Positions 1 through 8,666 of a stretch of 64,000 nucleotides of DNA are shown here, piece by piece (the stretch's first letter is position 1; each line of letters begins with the position of its first letter). Below the pieces are notes generated by a model, which was not told where the DNA came from, did not search any database, and was given only the letters and a program-made list of their open reading frames with translations. The stretch is from Oceanispirochaeta sp. (GTDB taxonomy: Bacteria; Spirochaetota; Spirochaetia; DSM-2461). The translations under genes were made by a program, and so were the position numbers. The DNA is taken from NCBI GenBank assembly GCA_963663385.2, contig CAXXXD010000001.1, forward strand, positions 416,001 through 480,000, given 5' to 3'.

Positions 1-1
1 A

Positions 2-433
2 GAACTTCTCTCAATCTGTCAGAGAACAGCTGGCACAGATGATGCCAACCTTCTGAATGTCAGGAATACTACAGAGATTGTTGAGATTGTCCGCCTTTAC
101 AGGGCTGATAACAAACCGGTAATCTACTCCAGAAACATATTTCCCCGCAGTTTCCTTAATAAAACGGCAGATCCCATATTGATGAATTACCAGTGTACGG
201 CTTATGAACTTTTTCAGGACTATTTTATTGAACAGGCCGATAGTTCACGCACCGATCTGCTGCCTGTTCTTCCCAATGAGGAAATTGCCGGACACCTGAA
301 TATCAGCTGCCAGACACCCATCCTCCTGTTCAAGGATTTCTTTATTACCAAGGGAGAACATATCCTTCTCGCAGGAGAAAACTACATGCATGATAAACTT
401 CTCAAGCTGCGTTTCCTCAGCAATCCTGCCTAG
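2..433 (+). CDS. GntR/HutC-family regulator, C-terminal UTRA domain (5'-truncated by window)
   Basis: Frame is open from base 2 (ELLSICQRTA...EIVRLYRADNKPVIYSRNIFP...EIAGHLNISCQTPILLF), which fits the UTRA pattern. Confidence 0.7.
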   Translation, partial: ELLSICQRTAGTDDANLLNVRNTTEIVEIVRLYRADNKPVIYSRNIFPRSFLNKTADPILMNYQCTAYELFQDYFIEQADSSRTDLLPVLPNEEIAGHLNISCQTPILLFKDFFITKGEHILLAGENYMHDKLLKLRFLSNPA

Positions 434-434
434 A

Positions 435-890
435 CTACAGCAGAAAAGAGAGGGTTTCTCTTCCATGGCCTTCCGGATTTACTTTATGGAAAGCTTTCCT
501 GATTACCATATCCTCATCAACGATATAGGTTGACCGATAGATTTTATCAACAATCTTACCCATAAGCTGCTTCTCTCCCAGAGCATCAAATCGTTTAATA
601 ACCTTTTTCTCCGGATCACTCAATAATTTAAAAGGCAGGTTATACTTTTTTTTAAATTTCTGATGGGATTCTGGCGAATCGGGGCTGATTCCGATCACTT
701 CTGCCCCGGTTTCGATAATTTCATCGTATTCGTCTCTGAAACTGCACGCTTCTTTTGTACATCCGGGTGTATTGTCCCTGGGATAAAAATAGATAATAAC
801 CTTTTTCCCTTTATAATCTGAAAGAGAAAAGGGTTTACCGTTTTCATCCGGCAGTGTGAAATCTTCTATTTTAACTCCCTCGTTAAGCAT
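435..890 (-). CDS. bcp: Peroxiredoxin Bcp (thioredoxin-dependent thiol peroxidase)
   Basis: YFYPRDNTPGCTKEACSFRD motif. Confidence 0.93.
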   Translation of the reverse strand: MLNEGVKIEDFTLPDENGKPFSLSDYKGKKVIIYFYPRDNTPGCTKEACSFRDEYDEIIETGAEVIGISPDSPESHQKFKKKYNLPFKLLSDPEKKVIKRFDALGEKQLMGKIVDKIYRSTYIVDEDMVIRKAFHKVNPEGHGRETLSFLL

Positions 891-1095
891 GGAAACCTCT
901 TAAGAATCTTGTTTATCTTTAAAGTAATAAAATCATTATCTTAATACAAGCCGAAATAGGACAGACTGCAATTATATTGCCGGAAAAACTTATATATTCC
1001 ATTAATTTTATCAAGCCATTAGAATAATCCCTGATTTAACTGTAAACTTGAATAAATAAGAAACAAACGTTTCAAAAAAAGAAGAGGCACCATAC

Positions 1096-1878
1096 ATGAA
1101 AAAAGTATTATTTCCGATCATTCTGATTCTCTGTGTCATTACCCTGGTTTCAGCTGAAGAATTCCACACTCTTACCGTTACCAATAATTTGAGCGATGCT
1201 GTTTACTATCTCTATCTCGCACCTGCTGATGCAGATGACTGGGGAGAAGACAGACTGGGAGAAGAGATTTTGGAGACAGGAGCAGATATAACCATACAGG
1301 CGTCAGCTTCTTCCGAAACGATTTATAATCTGATGGCCGAAGACGAGATGGAGAAAACCTACCGAATTGATAACATTGATCTGTCAAATGCCGGCAGCAT
1401 CTCAATTACAGACGAAAATCTGCTTCCCTTCGGAGGCTGGAATCCTGTAAACAGAACTCTTACATTCTACAATAATACAGGAGAAGATATCTATTACCTC
1501 TATGTTTCTTCCAACAGCTCCATGTACTGGGGAGAAGACATCCTGGAGGATGACATCCTGTACAGTGGCGAATCTTTTACAAAAGAACTGCCCATTGACA
1601 GCGACTACCCTCAACATGATGTCCTTGCAGAAGGTGAAAGCGGAGCTTCCTACGAGATCATGAATGAAAACCTCCTGGAAATTGACCAACTCTATTTTAC
1701 AGAAGAGACCATGACTTCATCAGGTGATGATTATGACGATTACGATGATGACTACTACTATGACGATTTTGATGAAGACGACTATAATGGTGCTTATCTT
1801 GAAGGATACAGGGAAGGTTTCAGGGACGCCTGGAAAGAAGCCTATCAGCTTGGTTTCCAGGATGCCATGGAAGAATAG
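1096..1878 (+). CDS. Secreted acidic protein with two WGED-type repeat domains and D/Y-rich tail
   Basis: Signal peptide; repeats YYLYLAPADADDWGEDRLG and YYLYVSSNSSMYWGEDILE; SD GAGG. Confidence 0.8.
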   Translation: MKKVLFPIILILCVITLVSAEEFHTLTVTNNLSDAVYYLYLAPADADDWGEDRLGEEILETGADITIQASASSETIYNLMAEDEMEKTYRIDNIDLSNAGSISITDENLLPFGGWNPVNRTLTFYNNTGEDIYYLYVSSNSSMYWGEDILEDDILYSGESFTKELPIDSDYPQHDVLAEGESGASYEIMNENLLEIDQLYFTEETMTSSGDDYDDYDDDYYYDDFDEDDYNGAYLEGYREGFRDAWKEAYQLGFQDAMEE

Positions 1879-1888
1879 AATCCTATCA

Positions 1889-1922
1889 TATCGCCCCCTC
1901 CGGAGAGGGGGCGATACTTTTT
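1889..1922 (+). terminator. Intrinsic terminator
   Basis: TATCGCCCCCTC-cgga-GAGGGGGCGATA stem followed by a T tract. Confidence 0.85.
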
Positions 1923-1957
1923 AAAAACAGAGACCCGAGATGAGTCGAGGGTGGAGG

Positions 1958-2548
1958 TTAACTCATCTTTGTGAGCTTCTTAATCAGAACTTCCTTGTTA
2001 TTTTTCACGTACTCTTTAAGATCCTCAAAATCTTCGGCTATTTCCGAGGCAGCTCCTGATAAATAGAGGACACGGTTGGACCACCTGAACCAGAGGTAGT
2101 GTTTGGCCAGAACCGGTTTAAATCCGGATGTGCTCAGACGGGCTTCTATTGCGGCATCCAACTCATTATGATTCGCCATACCGGTAATATAGAGAACATC
2201 CCCATCTTCCATAAGAAACAGAACGCAGCGTTTAAACCCCTGAGCGATAGCCTCATCATTTCTGAACCCCTGCAATCTCAGATCCAGGGATCCCAGTTTC
2301 AGGTTATAGCCCTGCATACGCAGTGCTTTCCGAATGGTAGCGACTTCGCTTCGAACTTCCTGTATAACATCATGATTGGTTCTGTTTGATTCAAGCCTGT
2401 GTCTTAATTCCCTTAAGTGAAGTTCATAATGATGAAATATTTTCGTATTATTACTCAGAAATATAGTTGTATCCGACAATAGAGTCCACGCGGATGTGAA
2501 GTGTTCATTCAGATTATTTATGACATTCGAAAACTTATTTGCTATCAT
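1958..2548 (-). CDS. Hypothetical protein (helical N-terminus, alpha/beta C-terminus)
   Basis: 196-aa ORF filling the gap between genes; TATAAT 8 nt upstream of ATG. Confidence 0.75.
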   Translation of the reverse strand: MIANKFSNVINNLNEHFTSAWTLLSDTTIFLSNNTKIFHHYELHLRELRHRLESNRTNHDVIQEVRSEVATIRKALRMQGYNLKLGSLDLRLQGFRNDEAIAQGFKRCVLFLMEDGDVLYITGMANHNELDAAIEARLSTSGFKPVLAKHYLWFRWSNRVLYLSGAASEIAEDFEDLKEYVKNNKEVLIKKLTKMS

Positions 2549-2625
2549 ACAAATTGATTATACAACTTTAAAAACAAAAGGATGAGCCTTTCATTAACAA
2601 TTCCTTAAAAAGGAAGGAGAATTCG

Positions 2626-3354
2626 TTGCTGATTTTAGTGCTGTCAGATATTCATGGAAATTTCCAAGCCCTTCAGAAGGTAATAAAGGAATCCAGACAA
2701 TTCAAATGGAAACAACTATGGTTCCTGGGAGATCTGGGTGGTTACGGTCCCCGACCGGAGGAGTGTTTCAATCTTCTCAGGAAGGAGAATGCCGTTATAC
2801 TGCCCGGTAATCACGATCTGTACCTTTCCGGTCAGCTGCCGGGATCCTTTTTTTCCAGCGAGTCGATTCGGTCCCTTATCCAGAACAGGGGTCTTTTAAA
2901 ACGGAACACTCTGGAGTTGATAAAAGCCATCCCACTGAAACAGAAAAGAAAAGGTTTTACCCTGGTACACGGAAGCCCGGAGAATCCGGCTACCGATTAT
3001 ATTCTGACAGACGATGATGCCTCAAATGCCTTTTCCTCCTTTGACGGCAGAGGCTGCTTTTTCGGACATACGCATATTCAGGAGTATTTCATTCAGGGAG
3101 CCAGGGGCTGCGAACGTTTCAGACCATCAAACGGAGACGTTCTATCCTATAGAAAAAAGCGCATCCTGATTAATCCGGGCAGCATAGGTCAGCCCCGGGA
3201 CAGAGATCCACGGGCAGCCTGGTGTATCCTGGATACAAGAAGAAAGGAAGTCCGTTTTTTCAGAAGCGAATATGATATTAAGGCAACTCAGAAAGAGATG
3301 AGAAAACTGGGCTCCTCAGATTTTTTGATAGAACGGCTGGAAAAAGGCATTTAA
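2626..3354 (+). CDS. Metallophosphoesterase (calcineurin-like)
   Basis: DIHGN, GDLGGYGP, GNHD, HGSP, GHTH, NPGSIGQPRD motifs; SD AAGGAG before TTG. Confidence 0.92.
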   Translation: MLILVLSDIHGNFQALQKVIKESRQFKWKQLWFLGDLGGYGPRPEECFNLLRKENAVILPGNHDLYLSGQLPGSFFSSESIRSLIQNRGLLKRNTLELIKAIPLKQKRKGFTLVHGSPENPATDYILTDDDASNAFSSFDGRGCFFGHTHIQEYFIQGARGCERFRPSNGDVLSYRKKRILINPGSIGQPRDRDPRAAWCILDTRRKEVRFFRSEYDIKATQKEMRKLGSSDFLIERLEKGI

Positions 3355-5160
3355 TTATAGAATTTTCACATACCCTTCCAGAATTGACTCCAGAAGGAAA
3401 TCTTTCAGACAGTCTTCTTCCATACCGGAATCCCTGAGATCACTGATTCGGCAGGGATCTCTCAGTCTGGAAACCAGATCATACTGTTCATCATCCAGCT
3501 TTTCACTGCAAATCTCCCAGCCTCTGCTGAAAAGGATCCAGTTTTCATCCTCTTTATTAAGATAATGAATAATACCGGACGGGTCGCTTTCCATTCCCTG
3601 TATAAGCGTATAAGGGGGAACCGCAAAACGCTCCAGTTTTACCGAAGAATCAAGTTCTATACGGGTATCTTCCTTCAGGAGAATTCCCTCTGAAGGAGAT
3701 TCAATTGTCTCACTCAGTTCTTCCAGTTCCCTCTGGATTTGGAGCAGATTAATAACATCCCTGATTACACGGAATTCATCCGGCAGATTAGCTTCCAGAT
3801 AAAGGAATTCCAGAAAACGAATGATTTCCCCCTGAAGTTTCTCTTCCGGGATTTCCCTGTCCAACCTGAACTTTCTCCAGGCTTCTGTCAATTCAACCGG
3901 TTTGCTGTTCAGTTCGCCGCAGCTCCGCATAAACCAGCTTACGGCCTTGCCGAAATTGTACAGTTCATCAACCGAGCGGGCTATTTTTCCGGCCTCTTCC
4001 AGATCTTCAGCATTTAACTCCCGGCTTCCCAGAACGGTGTAGGGATCTTCTTTTCTAAATTCCAGTCCAAGTCTCTCAGCCTTATCAAAAAGGACAGTAC
4101 CCGGCAGTACCGCAAGAGGGAAAATATCCAGATGATTCGGTTCAAGAGAGAGGGCATAATCCAGAGATTCTTTAAAACTCTTCAGAGAATCCCCCGGAAG
4201 ACCGTATATCAGATCCAGACCATAAGAAACTCCGTAACGGGAGAGTATTTCCATTTTTTCACGAAAATCTTCTTTGTCCAGAGTCCGGTTTACATTTTTG
4301 AGAACCGGGAGAGAGCTGCTCTGCAGACCAATCTGCAGGGTACAGGGAATGGACGCAAAGGCCCGGGCTGTTTCCTCATCCAGGAATTCGGAGCGTGCTT
4401 CAAAATAGTAGTATGTATAGGGGGTATATTTCCTGATCAGTTCCAAAATGAAAAGGACCCTTTTCTTATGAGAATTGAATGTCGGATCCAGAACAAAAAC
4501 CTGTTCGATACCGTAATCCCTGATCAGTTCCAGCTCTGCCTCGACTCTCTCCAGACTGATAGCCCGGGTTGAACCTGTTCCTTTTGATTCAAAACAGAAA
4601 TCACAGGCGAAGGGACAGCCCCGGGACAACTCCCACAGCAATCCGGGATTCCCGGACAAGTCCAGAGAACCTGTCAGAATCGGAGAGGGCAGACTGTTGA
4701 AATCTGCACAGAAAGCAGCATTGCCAGCTTTAATATCCCGAGTCCAGACACCGGGCAGCCCGGAAAGGTTGAGCTTCTTATCCAGTCTGTCCAGAATATC
4801 AGCAATTGTCGCTTCGCCTTCCCCTTCCATGGCAATATCACAGAAGGAACTAAAAAGAAAACTCTCGGGGTCTGCTGTTATTTCAGGCCCCCCTGCCATA
4901 ATTGTGATTTCCGGATTTTTTTCTTTTAAATATTTTATAGCCTGAATAGTCAGGTTCCGGTTCCACAGGTATACGGTAAAACCAACCACAGCGGGTGTCG
5001 AGGACAGGATGCTTTCCCCTATCTCCTCCGGGCTTTGATGCATAAAACAGTTCAACAGATCAACATCATGATCGATGATCATGGCTTTCAGACAGGCTCC
5101 TGCCAGGGGTATTGCTCTCGTGGACGGTTCCAGATGGACCGTTGCCAATATTACTTTCAT
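3355..5160 (-). CDS. B12-binding-domain radical SAM protein
   Basis: GGPE in N-terminal cobalamin-binding domain; SRGCPFACDFC (CxxxCxxC); DLIYGLPG. Confidence 0.9.
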   Translation of the reverse strand: MKVILATVHLEPSTRAIPLAGACLKAMIIDHDVDLLNCFMHQSPEEIGESILSSTPAVVGFTVYLWNRNLTIQAIKYLKEKNPEITIMAGGPEITADPESFLFSSFCDIAMEGEGEATIADILDRLDKKLNLSGLPGVWTRDIKAGNAAFCADFNSLPSPILTGSLDLSGNPGLLWELSRGCPFACDFCFESKGTGSTRAISLERVEAELELIRDYGIEQVFVLDPTFNSHKKRVLFILELIRKYTPYTYYYFEARSEFLDEETARAFASIPCTLQIGLQSSSLPVLKNVNRTLDKEDFREKMEILSRYGVSYGLDLIYGLPGDSLKSFKESLDYALSLEPNHLDIFPLAVLPGTVLFDKAERLGLEFRKEDPYTVLGSRELNAEDLEEAGKIARSVDELYNFGKAVSWFMRSCGELNSKPVELTEAWRKFRLDREIPEEKLQGEIIRFLEFLYLEANLPDEFRVIRDVINLLQIQRELEELSETIESPSEGILLKEDTRIELDSSVKLERFAVPPYTLIQGMESDPSGIIHYLNKEDENWILFSRGWEICSEKLDDEQYDLVSRLRDPCRISDLRDSGMEEDCLKDFLLESILEGYVKIL

Positions 5161-5326
5161 TCCGCCAGTCTAACAGAACAGCTAGAATTACAGTATAGCC
5201 GGAACACTTCTATTAGTATGTTTATCTTTTTCATGCATGTAAAAAAGAGGATCTGTAAAAATCCAACCTGAAACTCAGAGTTGACTCTATTGTTTAATGC
5301 AGAATTATCCGGTTTTAATTGGCTGT

Positions 5327-7144
5327 TTACAACTCCTTAGCTTTCTCTTTCCTATACAGATACATCTTTACCATTTCTGCCGCTTCCAGATTGATCCCCG
5401 CTGTTCGGGCTATATCCTCAGCCGCCGCATCATAAAGTTTCTCCATAGACCCGAACCCGGTCAGCAGTTTTTTACTCCTCCCGGGACCGATTCCGGGAAT
5501 GTTCTCAAGGGATGAGAGAGAAAGAGTTTTCTTCCTGAGCTTCTGATTGTGACTTGTCGCAAAACGGTGCGTTTCATCCCGCACATGCTGCAGTATCCGC
5601 AAGGCCCTGTCTCCTTCGGGAAGATCGATAGGATCTTTTTCACCGGGGAGAAAGATCAGCTCCTCCTTTTTAGCCAGTCCCGCCAGGGGCGTTGACAGAC
5701 CCAGTGCCTGAAGAACACTCCATGCCGCATTCACCTGTCCCTTTCCCCCGTCAATCAGAATCAGATCCGGCAACTCTTTCCCTTCATTTTTCAGGCGGGT
5801 ATAGCGGCGGGCAACCGCTTCGCTGATTGCTTTATAATCATCGATATCGCCCTTGAGGGACCGGATATTGAAATGCCTGTAATTTCTCCTGTCCGGATTT
5901 CCATCTTTAAAGGATATCAGGGAAGCTACTGTAAAATGCCCGTCCAGCTGGGCAATATCAAACCCCTCTATTCTTTTAGGTATATTTTTCAGACCAAGAA
6001 GGTTTTTCAAATCCTCCAGAGCCGGTTTATTTCCCATATCCTGCAGTTTCCTGGCCAGATCCATACGGGCATTTTCCACGGCCATATTTAAAACAGCCTG
6101 ATCCCTTTTCGATTCCGGAAGTTCCAGAACCGTCTTATCCGCACCCTCTACTTCATTCCGCAGGTATTCCTGTATAAGGCCCCTGTCCTTAAGAGAGACA
6201 AAAACCCTTTCCGGAAAATCCCTGTCGGGGGAGGAGTAGTAACAGACAAGAAATTCCTGAATGGCTTCTGTTTCGCTGCCGTAGTATTCATTCCGGAATG
6301 TTTCTTTTCCCAGGAGTTTGCCAGAGCGCATCTGAATAACCGCAAAGGCATAGAAATCTCCTGCCGCATCTACCCCTATATAATCCCTGCTCTCCTGCAC
6401 AAAATCTTCCACTTTCTGTTCAGTCTGCAGCTTCTGGAGACTCAGCATAATGTCCCGGATTTCAGCCGCCTTCTCAAATTCCAGGGCATCCGAAGCTGCT
6501 TTAATATCCTTCATCAGCTCTTTTTCCAGGCCGGCGGTTTTTCCGGACAACAGATTCCGGGCTCTGTTTATGCTTTTCCGGTAGTCCTCTTTACTGATCA
6601 GACCGCAGCAAGGCCCGCTGCATTTCCCCATATGGTAATACAGACAGGGACTCTCTCTTTTTTTCATCCTCCCGCAACGCCGGAGAGGAAACATTTTATT
6701 GATCAGGGCCATTGTTTCATCCAGAACTTTGATATCCGGATAGGGTCCGTAATAGCGAGAACCATCTTCTATAATAGATCTTGTCCTGAAGATACGGGGA
6801 AACTCTTCGTCGGTCACGCGGATAACAGGATAACTCTTACCGTCTTTCAGGTTTATGTTATACCGGGGATTCCATTTTTTAATAAGATTATTCTCAAGTA
6901 AGAGCGCCTCATACTCGGATGCCGTAACGATATGTTCAATATGGTGGATCTTACTTACAAGAGTTTTTGTTTTAATATCCTTTGAACCGGAGAAATATGA
7001 CCTGACCCGGTTCTGCAGTTTGACAGCTTTACCTATATAGATGATCTTTTTATGCTCATCTTTCATCAGATAGACCCCGGGAGTAAGGGGGAACTCTTTA
7101 ATCTGCCGCAGAAGTCTGTTAACTCTGTCTTTACTGTTTTCCAT
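5327..7144 (-). CDS. uvrC: Excinuclease ABC subunit C
   Basis: GIY-YIG (PGVYLM..IYIGKA), IEGFDIA, LIDGGKGQ, RDETHRFA, C-terminal HhH. Confidence 0.97.
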   Translation of the reverse strand: MENSKDRVNRLLRQIKEFPLTPGVYLMKDEHKKIIYIGKAVKLQNRVRSYFSGSKDIKTKTLVSKIHHIEHIVTASEYEALLLENNLIKKWNPRYNINLKDGKSYPVIRVTDEEFPRIFRTRSIIEDGSRYYGPYPDIKVLDETMALINKMFPLRRCGRMKKRESPCLYYHMGKCSGPCCGLISKEDYRKSINRARNLLSGKTAGLEKELMKDIKAASDALEFEKAAEIRDIMLSLQKLQTEQKVEDFVQESRDYIGVDAAGDFYAFAVIQMRSGKLLGKETFRNEYYGSETEAIQEFLVCYYSSPDRDFPERVFVSLKDRGLIQEYLRNEVEGADKTVLELPESKRDQAVLNMAVENARMDLARKLQDMGNKPALEDLKNLLGLKNIPKRIEGFDIAQLDGHFTVASLISFKDGNPDRRNYRHFNIRSLKGDIDDYKAISEAVARRYTRLKNEGKELPDLILIDGGKGQVNAAWSVLQALGLSTPLAGLAKKEELIFLPGEKDPIDLPEGDRALRILQHVRDETHRFATSHNQKLRKKTLSLSSLENIPGIGPGRSKKLLTGFGSMEKLYDAAAEDIARTAGINLEAAEMVKMYLYRKEKAKEL

Positions 7145-7175
7145 AAATCTCCGATATTATACATAATCAATAGTC

Positions 7176-8651
7176 ATGAAAAAAACTAATACGCTGATTA
7201 TATGTACCATATTACTCATTAGCGGATATTCTGCCTATCCGGAATCCTTCTCAATCGGCAATGAAGACGACTGGAAAGGAACAGGGCTTTATAACCTGGA
7301 GACAACTGCCGGCCGAGGAGGTTTTCAGGATCTTATTATTAAAACAACCGAGCTCTCACCGGATGATCAGACCGATCTGCTTCTTCCTTTTAATTCAAAT
7401 GCACGGAAAGATAGAACCGGACACTACCGGATTCTGGAAAATCCTGATTATAATCAGGAATTTATTAAAACAGGATCCGGCAGTGCAACATTTTTCAGTG
7501 GTAAAAAGATGCTTCTTCTGCCCGAGGAAGGTGCCCTTCTGTCAGCCCATACAAACTGGGAAGATTTTACCATGGAATTCTGGCTCTATCCGGCCAACCC
7601 CCGGGAAGGGGAACAGATCCTTCAATGGAAAGGACTGGGACGTTTTGAATCTCATATATATTCCCAGACTGTTCAGTGCCACTTTTTAAACAGAAAACTG
7701 GTTTGGAGTTTTGATAATTTCTTTCAGCTTCCCGGTTCTCCCTTCTCTCACTATGAGATATCGGGGGATCCTCTGCTGCCGAGGGAATGGCATCACCATA
7801 TGCTTCGCTATAACAGCGGCACGGGTATGCTGGAGTATCTTATTGACGGGAAACCTTCAGCTATTCTTTATACAACAGAGTCCGGAAATGAATCACATAC
7901 CGTATACACCCCTAAAATAGGAGAGGAACCCGGTGCCTTGAAAATAGGTGAAAATCTTACCGGATTTATGGATGAATTCCGAATCAGTACAGCTTTTATT
8001 GAAAACAGATCCCTTAACAGATTCTACAAATCCGGTTATGGTCTTTCCGCCATTCAGGATTTAAAATACCCCGATTCCCAGTTGAAATCCTTAAAGCTCG
8101 TAAAAAATACACCGGGATACACAGAAATATTCCCCTACTACTTTATAACGAACAACAGACTGGAAGCAGAGCAGGTATACAGTGACTTTCACGGGGAAGA
8201 AACCATTCTGGGTGCAGCTTCAAAATGGAAGTCCTTTGACGAGATGGAAGAGGAATCCAGAGGAAGATTTCTGATTCTCTCATTTCTCCTCTACCCGGAT
8301 TTAAAAACGGACAGGACCCCTTATTTATCATCCATAGATATTGAATATACACCGTCTCTCCCGCCGCTGCCACCGTCAAGACTTCGTATCCACCGATCAG
8401 ATTCCGGTTCCGTTACACTGAACTGGAATGCTTCTCCCTCTTCCGAAGTAATGGGATACCTTGTTTTCTATGGGGAAAAACCGGGAGAGTACATATACCC
8501 TGGAAGTCCTCTTGATGTAGGAAATGCACAGACCGTGGAAATAGCCGGTTTGTCGCCATTTAAACAATATTTTTTTGCCATTAAGTCCTATAATGCAGGA
8601 GAGCTTCCTCAATACAGCGACTTTTCTGAAGAAAAAACGATTAGGCCATAA
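7176..8651 (+). CDS. Exported LamG-like jelly-roll plus fibronectin type III protein
   Basis: Signal peptide; DFTMEFWLYP, WHHH, GFMDEFRIS (LamG); VTLNWN..GYLVFYG..YFFAIKSYN (FN3). Confidence 0.8.
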   Translation: MKKTNTLIICTILLISGYSAYPESFSIGNEDDWKGTGLYNLETTAGRGGFQDLIIKTTELSPDDQTDLLLPFNSNARKDRTGHYRILENPDYNQEFIKTGSGSATFFSGKKMLLLPEEGALLSAHTNWEDFTMEFWLYPANPREGEQILQWKGLGRFESHIYSQTVQCHFLNRKLVWSFDNFFQLPGSPFSHYEISGDPLLPREWHHHMLRYNSGTGMLEYLIDGKPSAILYTTESGNESHTVYTPKIGEEPGALKIGENLTGFMDEFRISTAFIENRSLNRFYKSGYGLSAIQDLKYPDSQLKSLKLVKNTPGYTEIFPYYFITNNRLEAEQVYSDFHGEETILGAASKWKSFDEMEEESRGRFLILSFLLYPDLKTDRTPYLSSIDIEYTPSLPPLPPSRLRIHRSDSGSVTLNWNASPSSEVMGYLVFYGEKPGEYIYPGSPLDVGNAQTVEIAGLSPFKQYFFAIKSYNAGELPQYSDFSEEKTIRP

Positions 8652-8666
8652 AGGGTTAAAACTACA

